A DNA stretch of 64,000 nt from an uncultured Candidatus Binatia bacterium (lineage in GTDB: Bacteria > Desulfobacterota > Binatia > UBA9968 > JAJDTQ01), in NCBI GenBank assembly GCA_965215605.1, contig OZ244070.1:448001-512000 (forward strand). Reading direction: 5' to 3'. This document shows positions 25,880-34,699 of the stretch, in pieces. A program made the translations under genes and the position numbers. The notes below the pieces were generated by a model that was given only the letters and a program-made list of their open reading frames with translations, ran no database searches and was not told the origin of the DNA. The number at the start of each line of letters is the position of its first letter. The first letter of the stretch is position 1.

Positions 25880-26566
25880 ATGCGTCCCGAACACACCGAT
25901 CGCAAGTACGAGGAAGAACTCAAGTCGCTTCGCGACAGGATCATCCAGATGGGCGGCCTGGTGGAGGACCAGATCGACCGGTCCATCAAGGCCTTGGTGG
26001 ACCGCGAGGCGGCGCTGGCCGAGTCCGTCATCGAGCGGGATGCCGAGGTCAATCGGATGGACGCCGACATCGACGAGCTGTGCGTGCGTTTGATCGCGCT
26101 GCATCAGCCTGCGGGCAAGGACCTCCGGTTCGTGACCACCGCCCTGAAGATCACCACCGACCTGGAACGAATCGGAGACATCTCGGTGAACATATCGGAG
26201 CGGTCGCTGGAGTTGATCCGCGAAGTGCCGCTCAAACCCTACATCGACATCCCCCGCATGGCGGAGATCTCCAGGCGGATGATATCCGAGAGCCTCAACG
26301 CCTTCGTGCACGAGGACACTTCGCTGGCGCTCAAGGTCTGTCAGGACGACCAGGAGATCGACGATCTGAACGAGCAGATCTTTCGCGAAACGGTGTCGTA
26401 CATGATCTCGGAGCCCCGCACCATCAACCGCGCCATGAAGATCACCTTTGTTTCCAAGTACCTGGAACGCATCGCCGACCACGCCACCAACATCGCCGAA
26501 ATGGTCATCTTCCTGGTCAAGGGGACCAGCATTCGCCACGTCAAGGAAGTACCCCGTTTCATTTGA
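25880..26566 (+). CDS. phoU: Phosphate signalling protein PhoU
   Basis: IALHQPAGKDLRFV, DLERIGD, LERIADHATNIAE. GGAGG RBS precedes the ATG at 25880. Confidence 0.95.
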   Translation: MRPEHTDRKYEEELKSLRDRIIQMGGLVEDQIDRSIKALVDREAALAESVIERDAEVNRMDADIDELCVRLIALHQPAGKDLRFVTTALKITTDLERIGDISVNISERSLELIREVPLKPYIDIPRMAEISRRMISESLNAFVHEDTSLALKVCQDDQEIDDLNEQIFRETVSYMISEPRTINRAMKITFVSKYLERIADHATNIAEMVIFLVKGTSIRHVKEVPRFI

Positions 26567-26586
26567 ACCGTGCCCGGAGAGGTCGC

Positions 26587-27297
26587 ATGGCGGACAAGAT
26601 CCTCGTGGTCGAAGACGAGGCGGACATACGCAAGCTGGTCGCGTACCACCTGAACCAGGAGCGCTTCCCGGTGCTTGAAGCCGAGAACGGCGAAGACGCG
26701 CTGGAACTGGTGCACAAGGAGACGCCGCGCCTGATCATGCTGGACCTGATGCTGCCGAGCCTCTCCGGCCTCGAGTTCTGCAAGATCATCCGGCAGAATC
26801 CCGAAACGGCACAGACGCCGATCCTCATGCTCACCGCCAAGGCGGGCGAGGCGGATCGGGTGGTGGGCCTGGAACTCGGCGCCGACGACTACATCACGAA
26901 ACCCTTCAGCCCCCGGGAGATGGTGGCGCGGGTCAAGGCCGTGTTGCGGCGAACCGAATCGCCGACCTCACCCGACCTGGCGGACGTCTACGAGAAGGGT
27001 CCTTTGAAGGTCAATTTCACGACCTACGAGGTGCAGCTGGCGGGCCGGCCGGTCAAGCTCACCCTCAAGGGCTTTGAACTTCTCCGCTTTCTCATCCAGA
27101 ATCGCAATCGGGTACTGAGCCGTGACCAGATCCTGGACGGCGTGTGGCGGTCCGACGTCTATGTGACGCCGCGCACGGTGGACGTGCACATCCGAAGAAT
27201 TCGGGAAGCCCTGGAGCAGGACGACCGCAACACCGGCTGGATCGTCACCGTACGCGGCGTCGGCTACAAGCTGGATGAGAGATCCCTTCAGACGTAA
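26587..27297 (+). CDS. phoB: OmpR-family response regulator PhoB/PhoP
   Basis: ILVVEDE, LDLMLP, GADDYITKPF, RTVDVHIRR, TVRGVGY. Confidence 0.92.
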   Translation: MADKILVVEDEADIRKLVAYHLNQERFPVLEAENGEDALELVHKETPRLIMLDLMLPSLSGLEFCKIIRQNPETAQTPILMLTAKAGEADRVVGLELGADDYITKPFSPREMVARVKAVLRRTESPTSPDLADVYEKGPLKVNFTTYEVQLAGRPVKLTLKGFELLRFLIQNRNRVLSRDQILDGVWRSDVYVTPRTVDVHIRRIREALEQDDRNTGWIVTVRGVGYKLDERSLQT

Positions 27298-27301
27298 CGC
27301 C

Positions 27302-28756
27302 ATGGCCAAGCGGGGCTTCGTCTATCTCTCCGTCACCCTCCTGGCGCTGGCCTTCGCCTACTCCTGGTACACGACTTCACCGACGGCCGGCGGCTCGCCG
27401 GACACGGCGAACGGGTGGTTGCCGGCCGCCCTCGGGGCGGCCCTTGCCATCGTGCTGCTAGCGGCCTCGGGATGGCTCCGCCGGGCCCGGAATCGCGTGG
27501 CCGACATGGCCGCGTTCTGCCGGGAAGCGGGCCGCGAGTGCCCCTCCGGCAAGGCGCTTCCGGTTCGGCGCCGCGACGATCTGGGGATGTTGGAGGAGAG
27601 CCTCAACGATCTCGCGCGAACGCTTTCCGGCCGCCTCCAGGACGTCACGGCCGAAAGAGAGAAACTGCAATCCATCCTCAGTTGCATGATGGAGGGCGTG
27701 ATCGTGCTGGACACCAACGGCAAGGTCATCCTCGTCAACCAGATGGCTGAGACCCTGTTCAAGCTGCCGCCGGACACCAGCGTCATGGGCATGTCGACCG
27801 TGGAGGTCTCGCGTCATCCGGAGATGCATGCCCTCATCCGCGAGGTGGTGGGAAGCGACACCCGCGATGCCCTCCACCGGGAGCTGACCCTCGGAGAAGA
27901 CCGCTGGTTCGCGGTCAACGCGGCCGGGCTGGAGGACTCGCTGCAGAACCTCGTCGGCTACGTTTTGGTGTTTCACGAGGTCACCGAGTTGAAACGGCTG
28001 GAAAGGATGCGCGCCGATTTTGTCGCCAACGTGTCTCACGAGATGCGCACGCCCCTCACCGCCATACAGGGCTATGCCGAGACACTCCTGCACAACCCGC
28101 CCCGCGACTCCAGGATGGAGCGACAGTTCCTGGACATCGTGGCGCGCCACTCCGAGCGCCTGGGGCGCCTCATCGACGACCTGCTGGCCCTGTCCGACCT
28201 CGAGATGGGCAACGTCAACATGCGGATGCAGGGCGTCGGCGCCAGGCCTCTGCTGGACCGTGTCCTCGACCTCTTCAGCGATCAGGCGGACAAGAAACGC
28301 ATCCGTCTGCGGGCCGAAGTCGCCCCGGATACCCCGGACATCCTCGGCGACGAGGACCGTCTCCAGCAGTTGCTCATCAACCTCATCGACAACGCCCTCA
28401 AGTACACCCCCGAACATGGCGACGTGCTGGTCTCCGCGCGCGGCGAGCCCGCGGCCGCCGGTCAATCGCCGGCCGTGGCCCTGACGGTGGCGGACACCGG
28501 GTGCGGCATCCCGGACAAGGATCTGCCACGGCTCACGGAGCGGTTCTATCGAGTGGACAAGGCACGCTCCCGGGAGCTCGGCGGAACCGGACTGGGCCTC
28601 GCCATCGTCAAGCATATCGTCCAGGCACACGGCGGCCTCCTGAAGATCGACAGCGGGATCGGAAAGGGCACGCGGGTCGCGATCTACCTGCAGTGCGCCG
28701 CCGGAGCGGATTCCACGCAGCCCCACCACGCCCCGAGAACGATCGGAGTCGCCTGA
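27302..28756 (+). CDS. phoR: Sensor histidine kinase PhoR
   Basis: TM, HAMP and PAS regions; DFVANVSHEMRTPLT, NLIDNALKY, ERFYRVDKARSRELGGTGLGL. Confidence 0.92.
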   Translation: MAKRGFVYLSVTLLALAFAYSWYTTSPTAGGSPDTANGWLPAALGAALAIVLLAASGWLRRARNRVADMAAFCREAGRECPSGKALPVRRRDDLGMLEESLNDLARTLSGRLQDVTAEREKLQSILSCMMEGVIVLDTNGKVILVNQMAETLFKLPPDTSVMGMSTVEVSRHPEMHALIREVVGSDTRDALHRELTLGEDRWFAVNAAGLEDSLQNLVGYVLVFHEVTELKRLERMRADFVANVSHEMRTPLTAIQGYAETLLHNPPRDSRMERQFLDIVARHSERLGRLIDDLLALSDLEMGNVNMRMQGVGARPLLDRVLDLFSDQADKKRIRLRAEVAPDTPDILGDEDRLQQLLINLIDNALKYTPEHGDVLVSARGEPAAAGQSPAVALTVADTGCGIPDKDLPRLTERFYRVDKARSRELGGTGLGLAIVKHIVQAHGGLLKIDSGIGKGTRVAIYLQCAAGADSTQPHHAPRTIGVA

Positions 28757-28900
28757 CGCGCGGGCGCTTTCTCTGCCCGAAAGACGCGCACCACCCTGTT
28801 TTTACTTGCAAATGTAACGGACATCCCGTAGTCTGCCGGGTTATTGTATCCATGTGCGGGCCACAGCGCCCGTCACCCACCCGCTAACCAGGAGAAATCG

Positions 28901-30271
28901 ATGGAAGGGAAGAAAGTCGGCATTACCGAAACCGTGCTCAGAGACGCACACCAGTCGCTGCTGGCGACGCGCATGCGTACCGAGGACATGCTGCCCATCG
29001 CCCATGACCTCGACAAGATCGGCTTCTGGTCGGTGGAGATGTGGGGCGGCGCCACATTCGATGCCTGCCTCCGGTATCTGAACGAAGACCCCTGGGACCG
29101 CTTGCGGTTGATCCGCGAGGCCATGCCCAATACCCGGCTGCAGATGTTGCTTCGAGGCCAGAACATCGTCGGATACCACAACTATCCGGACGACGCCGTC
29201 GAGTACTTCATCGAGAAGTCTGCCGGGAACGGCATCGATGTCTTCAGGGTGTTCGACGCCATGAACGACATCCGCAACATGAAGACCTCCATGGAGGCGG
29301 TGAAGCGCACGGGAAAGACGCTGGAGGCCGCGGTATCGTACACCATCAGCCCGGTCCACTCGCTGCAATACTTCGTCGACTTCGCGGAGAAGCTCGTGGA
29401 CGCCGGCACCGACGTGCTGGCCGTCAAGGACATGGCCGGTCTGCTGTCCCCCTATGTGGCCCAGGAGCTCATCGGCGCATTGAAGAAGCGCTTCGACATC
29501 CCGGTCCACCTTCACTCCCATTGCACCACCGGCATGGCGCAGATGGCCTACATCATGGCGGTGGAAGCGGGGGTGGACATCATCGACACCGCCATCTCCA
29601 CGCTGTCACACGGCACCTCCCAACCGGCCACGGAGGCGGTGGTGGTGGCTCTCAAGGGCACCCCTTACGACACCGGGCTCGACCTGCCGGCGCTCGCCCG
29701 GGTCGCCGAATACTTCACCGAAGTGCGCGGCAAGTACAGCGAGTTCGAGAGCCCCATCAGCAATCGCGTCAACGCCGACATCGTCGAGTCGCAGATCCCC
29801 GGCGGCATGCTCTCGAACCTGGTGACCCAATTGCGGCAACAGAATGCCGAGAAACGGCTCGACGAGGTGCTCCAGGAAGTGCAGGCGGTCCGCCGGGACC
29901 TCGGCTACCCGCCGCTGGTGACCCCCACCAGCCAGATCGTCGGCTCCCAGGCCACGCTCAACGTCCTCACCGGCAAGCGCTACGCCGTGGTGACCATGGA
30001 AGTGCGCAACTACGTCATGGGACACTACGGCGAACCGCCGGGCGCGGTGAGCGAGGAGATGAAGGCCATGGTCCTGGGAAAGAAGGAACCCATCCATTGC
30101 CGTCCCGCCGACCTGCTGAAGCCCAGGATCGAGGAGGCCCGCAAGGAGATCGGCGACCTCGCGGCCACCGAGGAAGACCTGCTCTCCTACACGCTGTTCC
30201 CGGAGGTCGCCAAGGACTACTTCGAGTGGCGGGGCCAGCAGGACGCCTCGGCGGCCGGAGCGTCGGCGTAA
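28901..30271 (+). CDS. Stand-alone pyruvate carboxyltransferase (PycB/OadA/transcarboxylase 5S-like), no biotinyl domain
   Basis: RDAHQSLLATR, WGGATFD, KDMAG, HSH, QIPGGMLSN, GYPPLVTPTSQIVG. Ends without an EAMKM biotin domain. Confidence 0.88.
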   Translation: MEGKKVGITETVLRDAHQSLLATRMRTEDMLPIAHDLDKIGFWSVEMWGGATFDACLRYLNEDPWDRLRLIREAMPNTRLQMLLRGQNIVGYHNYPDDAVEYFIEKSAGNGIDVFRVFDAMNDIRNMKTSMEAVKRTGKTLEAAVSYTISPVHSLQYFVDFAEKLVDAGTDVLAVKDMAGLLSPYVAQELIGALKKRFDIPVHLHSHCTTGMAQMAYIMAVEAGVDIIDTAISTLSHGTSQPATEAVVVALKGTPYDTGLDLPALARVAEYFTEVRGKYSEFESPISNRVNADIVESQIPGGMLSNLVTQLRQQNAEKRLDEVLQEVQAVRRDLGYPPLVTPTSQIVGSQATLNVLTGKRYAVVTMEVRNYVMGHYGEPPGAVSEEMKAMVLGKKEPIHCRPADLLKPRIEEARKEIGDLAATEEDLLSYTLFPEVAKDYFEWRGQQDASAAGASA

Positions 30272-30299
30272 TCCCGCCAACAGTCCGGATCAGAACGAA

Positions 30300-31196
30300 T
30301 CACAGATAACCCGCATCCCGATACGCCCTCAGCGCACCGGGATGCAACGGAACCCCCTCCAATTCCAATGCTGCCGGCCCATCCGTCCGAAGCGGTTCGT
30401 AGAGGCCGGCGAGACCCTCGAAAAGGGGGTTGAGCCGCGCCAGCGCGCCGCTGTTCGCCACCAGCGTGGCGACGAACTCGTAGACGAGTTCCTCGGCCAC
30501 GCGTTCGTGGGTTACCAGGACGTTCAGCACCGCAAGCTGAGGGATGTCCTCCTCCACGCCCGTGAACACGCCGCGGCGCATCACGACCCGCCGGTAGAAG
30601 AACACCTTCGACAACACCTGCTCGATCTGTTCCTCCCGGTACGGGACCACCTTGACCCGGGCCCGCCGGCTCAGGTCCGTCATCACCGCGTTGGGGATCG
30701 GGCATTGGAACTGGACGTCCACTTCCCCCGCCACCAACGCGTCGGCCCCCTCGGGGAAGCCGAGGTAGACGGGCGTGAAGTCGGAGAACGGAACATCCAA
30801 CGCGTCGCAGAGGGTGTGGACGTGTTGGGTCATGCCGCTGTCCCTGGCTCCCACCGCCACCCGTTTGCCGGCAAGGTCATCGACGTTTTCCACGGGCGTA
30901 TCGGCCAGCGCGACGAAGAAGATGGGGCCGGCGTTGGCCGGCGACACCATGCGCAGGCCGATGGGGTGTTCGAACGGCGCCGCCCCCCGTCCGGCCCGGG
31001 GAACCCAGTTGGAGGCCATGAAGCCGAACTCGATCTCACCGCGGTCCAGCCGGTTGGCGTTGTCGATGCTCGCCGAGCTCCGGGTGAGCTCGCAGCGTTC
31101 CCGCGGCGGCCGGGACTCGTTGAAGACCTCGGCAATGGCCATGCCCTGGGTGTCGAACGTGCCGCCGGTGTCTGCCGTCCCGATTCTGAAAACCAT
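30300..31196 (-). CDS. TAXI-family TRAP solute-binding protein
   Basis: IGTADTGGTF, ASIDNA, GKRVAVGARDSG, VPLHPGALRAY. GGAGG RBS before MVFRIG. Confidence 0.85.
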   Translation of the reverse strand: MVFRIGTADTGGTFDTQGMAIAEVFNESRPPRERCELTRSSASIDNANRLDRGEIEFGFMASNWVPRAGRGAAPFEHPIGLRMVSPANAGPIFFVALADTPVENVDDLAGKRVAVGARDSGMTQHVHTLCDALDVPFSDFTPVYLGFPEGADALVAGEVDVQFQCPIPNAVMTDLSRRARVKVVPYREEQIEQVLSKVFFYRRVVMRRGVFTGVEEDIPQLAVLNVLVTHERVAEELVYEFVATLVANSGALARLNPLFEGLAGLYEPLRTDGPAALELEGVPLHPGALRAYRDAGYL

Positions 31197-31324
31197 CGCA
31201 TACCTCCGCCTGTTTGATGACCCCCTCCCGCGCGAAGGCGGTGGAGCCTTTATGCCCCATGCGCCGCCCGGTGTCATCCACCGCCCATTCGCCTTGACTC
31301 GGTTGCCCCCACCCTCTATGACTC

Positions 31325-32554
31325 ATGACACCCATGCAACAGTCCTGGCGCACGCCCCTCGTGGTGCTGATCTGCGGTACCTTGGTGATGATGCTGGCCT
31401 TCGGCATCCGCCAGACCTATGGACTGTTTCTCACCCCCATCAGCGACACCCTCGGTTGGCCTCGGGGCATCTTCTCCTTCGCCATCGCCCTCCAGAGCCT
31501 CATCTGGGGGTTGGCGCAGCCGATCCTCGGGGGCTTGGCCGACCGTTACGGCTCCGCCAAGGTGGTGGCGCTGAGCGCCTTGGCCTACATGGTCGGGCTC
31601 TATCTCATGTCCGTGTCCACGGACCCCTGGAGCATGACCTTCAGCACCGCCTTTCTCACGGGCGTGGCCATGAGCGGAACCAGCTTTTCCCTCGTGCTCG
31701 CCGTTATCGGCCGCAGCGCGCCGCCAGAAAAACGCGGCCTCTACCTCGGCATCGGCAGCGCCGGCGGCTCTTCCGGACAGTTTCTGGTGGTGCCCTTCGG
31801 ACAGATCCTGCTCTCGTCCTACGGATGGGTGGAGACCCTGGTGCTGCTGGCGTTGCTGGCCGGACTCATCGTGCCGCTGTCGGCGGCGCTGGTGGAGAAC
31901 GAGCCGACCGCGGTCCAGCGCGACCAGACTCTGTGGCAGGCCCTGGGCGAGGCCCGGCACCACACCGGCTATCTGCTGCTCACCGCGGGATTCTTCGTAT
32001 GCGGCTTTCAGACCCTGTTCATCGCCGCGCACCTGCCCGCTCTGCTGGTGGACAACGGCCTCTCCCCCGCCCTGGGCGCAACCGCCATCTCGCTCCTTGG
32101 GCTGTTCAACGTCGCCGGCTGTCTGGGCGCCGGGGTCCTGGGCAACCGCTACAGCAAGAAGAATCTGCTGAGCCTCATCTACTTCCTGCGCGCCGTGGTG
32201 ATGTCCGGCTTCTACCTGCTGCCCATGACCAACGTGACCGTCGTGGTGTTCTCGTCGCTCATGGGCCTGCTGTTCCTGAGCACCATCCCCCTCACCAGCG
32301 GCATCGTCGCGCAGGTCTTCGGCACCCGTTACATGGCCATGCTCTACGGCATCGTGTTCCTGGACCACCAGATCGGCAGCTTCATCGGCATCTGGCTCGG
32401 CGGCGTGCTGTTCGACTACACCGGGTCCTATGACATCATCTGGTGGACCGGCGCCGGCCTCGGCGTGGTGGCGGCGATACTCCATTGGCCCATCGACGAA
32501 CGGGCCCTCCCCAGGACGGTCGCGGCCGCGCCGGCCGGGGCCTCGTCCCCGTAG
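31325..32554 (+). CDS. MFS transporter
   Basis: About 12 TM helices, GGLADRYGS motif A, GFFVCGF. Confidence 0.92.
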   Translation: MTPMQQSWRTPLVVLICGTLVMMLAFGIRQTYGLFLTPISDTLGWPRGIFSFAIALQSLIWGLAQPILGGLADRYGSAKVVALSALAYMVGLYLMSVSTDPWSMTFSTAFLTGVAMSGTSFSLVLAVIGRSAPPEKRGLYLGIGSAGGSSGQFLVVPFGQILLSSYGWVETLVLLALLAGLIVPLSAALVENEPTAVQRDQTLWQALGEARHHTGYLLLTAGFFVCGFQTLFIAAHLPALLVDNGLSPALGATAISLLGLFNVAGCLGAGVLGNRYSKKNLLSLIYFLRAVVMSGFYLLPMTNVTVVVFSSLMGLLFLSTIPLTSGIVAQVFGTRYMAMLYGIVFLDHQIGSFIGIWLGGVLFDYTGSYDIIWWTGAGLGVVAAILHWPIDERALPRTVAAAPAGASSP

Positions 32555-32595
32555 CCACGCACGCCCCGCGGCAATCATCGAAAGGATTGGAAATC

Positions 32596-33639
32596 GTGGC
32601 GCTACTGATTCGAGCGGAAGACGCAGCCGACATCATCACCATGGAAGAAGCCATCGACGCGGTGGAGGCGGGGTTCCGGGAACTCGGCGACAACGCGGAG
32701 CTCAATGCCCCGCGCCGCCGGGTCATGACCCGGGAGGGGGCACGGGTCAGCGTGCATCCGGGCGGGGTGCCCAGCCTGGGCGGCATCGGCGTGCTCGCCC
32801 ACTCGGAGTTCGTGACCACTTCCAGGGAGAACCAGACCTACGACCACGCGGGGCGCCCGTGCGTGGTGCTGTTCGATACCAGGGACTCTTCCCTCAAAGG
32901 GGTGCTGGTGGGCCGCTTCGGGGTAGCGGGCGTACCCGCCACCCGCGCCACGCAACTCCGCACCTCCGCCACCAGCGCGGTGGGCACCCGCCACCTGGCG
33001 CGGGAAGACGCCGCCGTCCTGGCCCTCTTGGGCGCCGGCGCCGAGGCCCAGTACCACCTGCTGGCCTTCGCCGCCATCCGTCCCTTCAAGCAGGTGAGAC
33101 TCTTCTGCCGCACCCCCGAGACCCGCGTCGCCTTCCGCGAAGAGATGCAGCCGCTGGTGCCCTGCGAAATCGTCCCGGTCGACAGCGCGCGGGAAGCGAT
33201 CCAGGGCGCCGACGTGGTCCTCACCGCCACCAACTCCAACGTCCCGGTGTTCGACGGCTCCTGGCTGGAGCCTGGCGTCCACGTCACATCCATCGTCGGC
33301 GGCAACGTCGGCCTCATGAACGCCGGCCTCATCAAGCAAAGGCGCCGCGAGATCGACGACGCCACCGTGCAGCGCGCCGACGTCATCGTCGCCAACTCCC
33401 GCGAGCAGGCCGTGCAGGACCAGCAGGGGGACTTCTACGAACCCGTGGAGAAAGGCATCCTCCGTTGGGATCAGGTCGGCGACCTGAGCGACCTCCTCAC
33501 CGGCCGCATCCCCGGCCGCACCGCGCCGGAGCAGATCACCCTGTTCAAGAACAACGCGGGACAAGGGGTGGCGGATATTGCCATCGCCAGCCGGATTTTC
33601 GAGCTGGCCAGCGCAAGAGAGATCGGCATCGAGTTCTGA
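32596..33639 (+). CDS. Ornithine cyclodeaminase / mu-crystallin family protein
   Basis: LRTSATSAVGTRHLAR, LGAGAEA, ADVVLTAT, ITLFKNNAGQGVADIA. GTG start inferred. Confidence 0.88.
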   Translation: MALLIRAEDAADIITMEEAIDAVEAGFRELGDNAELNAPRRRVMTREGARVSVHPGGVPSLGGIGVLAHSEFVTTSRENQTYDHAGRPCVVLFDTRDSSLKGVLVGRFGVAGVPATRATQLRTSATSAVGTRHLAREDAAVLALLGAGAEAQYHLLAFAAIRPFKQVRLFCRTPETRVAFREEMQPLVPCEIVPVDSAREAIQGADVVLTATNSNVPVFDGSWLEPGVHVTSIVGGNVGLMNAGLIKQRRREIDDATVQRADVIVANSREQAVQDQQGDFYEPVEKGILRWDQVGDLSDLLTGRIPGRTAPEQITLFKNNAGQGVADIAIASRIFELASAREIGIEF

Positions 33640-33790
33640 GCACCTTCCCCGTCTCAGCCCCGTTTCTACTTCGATTGGCAGCGCGGTGACCGTAGCCGCT
33701 GCCTGAACGGCCGAAATGGCAAATCGGCCCGTTTTCTGTTAGCTTCGGGGCCTAATTGATCCGTTAGCCGCGTTCGGCGATCGGCAGGAA

Positions 33791-34699
33791 GTGGAGAACT
33801 CTCTCCGCATGTTCAGAAATCCGTTCCTCGAAGAAGTCACTGTCAACAAGGACAAGCGCCAACAGCTCGACCACCTTCTGCGGGTGACGGCGCCCCACGA
33901 ACGCGTCATCCTCGGGGGGATCGGGCTGGTGGTGTTGGCGCTTGCGGCGTGGGCGCTGTTCGGCAGCGTCGTGCGCGCGGTGACCGTCGACGGCGTCTTG
34001 ATCGAGCCCGGCGCGCGGCACGACATCATCTCGACCGAGCCGGGATACCTGGCCGAATATCTCGTGGCTCCCGGAGACCGCGTCGAGGCCGGCGCGCCGA
34101 TCGCGCGACAGAGCGTGCCGGAGCTCGACCGTGAGACGGCGGCCCTTCGCGACCGGGTGGAACTGCTGGAACAGGGAACCCGGCAGGCCGGCGGAGACGG
34201 CGGCCCCTTGCGCACATTGCTGGCATCGGCCCGGGTGGCGTTGCTTCAGATGGAGGCGCAACGCTCGGCAAGGGAGTATGTCGTCAGTCAGATCGCCGGG
34301 CGGATCACCGCGCTGCGAGCCTCTCCCGGTGACTACCTGCCGGCGGGCGCGGCCGTGGCCCAGCTACGGGACGCGGGGGACCAGCCCCTCCAGGCGGTTC
34401 TACGCATTGCCTCACGCATGGCACAACGCATCCGGCCGGGCATGGAGGCCTCGGTCGACGTGGTGATGCCGGACGGCACGACGCGCCGGTGGGACGGGAG
34501 GGTGGCTTCCGTCACACCCGGCCCGCTGCCTCGCTGGCTGGCCCTGCTGCCGCCCGCGGCTCCGGACTCCTCGCATCGCGTCGACGTGGTCCTGACCCGG
34601 ACGTCGGAGTTGCCGTTGCCGGACGGCACCCCGTGCCGGGTGCGTATCGTCATAGGCCGCCACTCTCCGGCGGCGCTCTTCGACCTGGAAAGGTCCTGA
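33791..34699 (+). CDS. NHLP-system HlyD-family secretion adaptor
   Basis: FRNPFLE...QQLDHLLRVTAP N-terminus typical of NHLP secretion proteins, a TM helix, and biotinyl-lipoyl-like VAPGDRVEAG. Confidence 0.88.
   Translation: MENSLRMFRNPFLEEVTVNKDKRQQLDHLLRVTAPHERVILGGIGLVVLALAAWALFGSVVRAVTVDGVLIEPGARHDIISTEPGYLAEYLVAPGDRVEAGAPIARQSVPELDRETAALRDRVELLEQGTRQAGGDGGPLRTLLASARVALLQMEAQRSAREYVVSQIAGRITALRASPGDYLPAGAAVAQLRDAGDQPLQAVLRIASRMAQRIRPGMEASVDVVMPDGTTRRWDGRVASVTPGPLPRWLALLPPAAPDSSHRVDVVLTRTSELPLPDGTPCRVRIVIGRHSPAALFDLERS

Noticed and set aside
26080-26586. N-terminal extension of the PhoB ORF (and similar extensions of smc, moeA, OCD and the 43710 methyltransferase ORF)
   Set aside because: The extensions overlap neighbouring genes or lack homology-like features, and better starts exist downstream.
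32596-33639. Ornithine-cyclodeaminase-family and MFS genes as part of the RiPP cluster
   Set aside because: They are adjacent and co-oriented but separated by ~150 bp and have core-like codon style. There is no evidence of linkage, although an imine-reductase role cannot be excluded without a synteny analysis.
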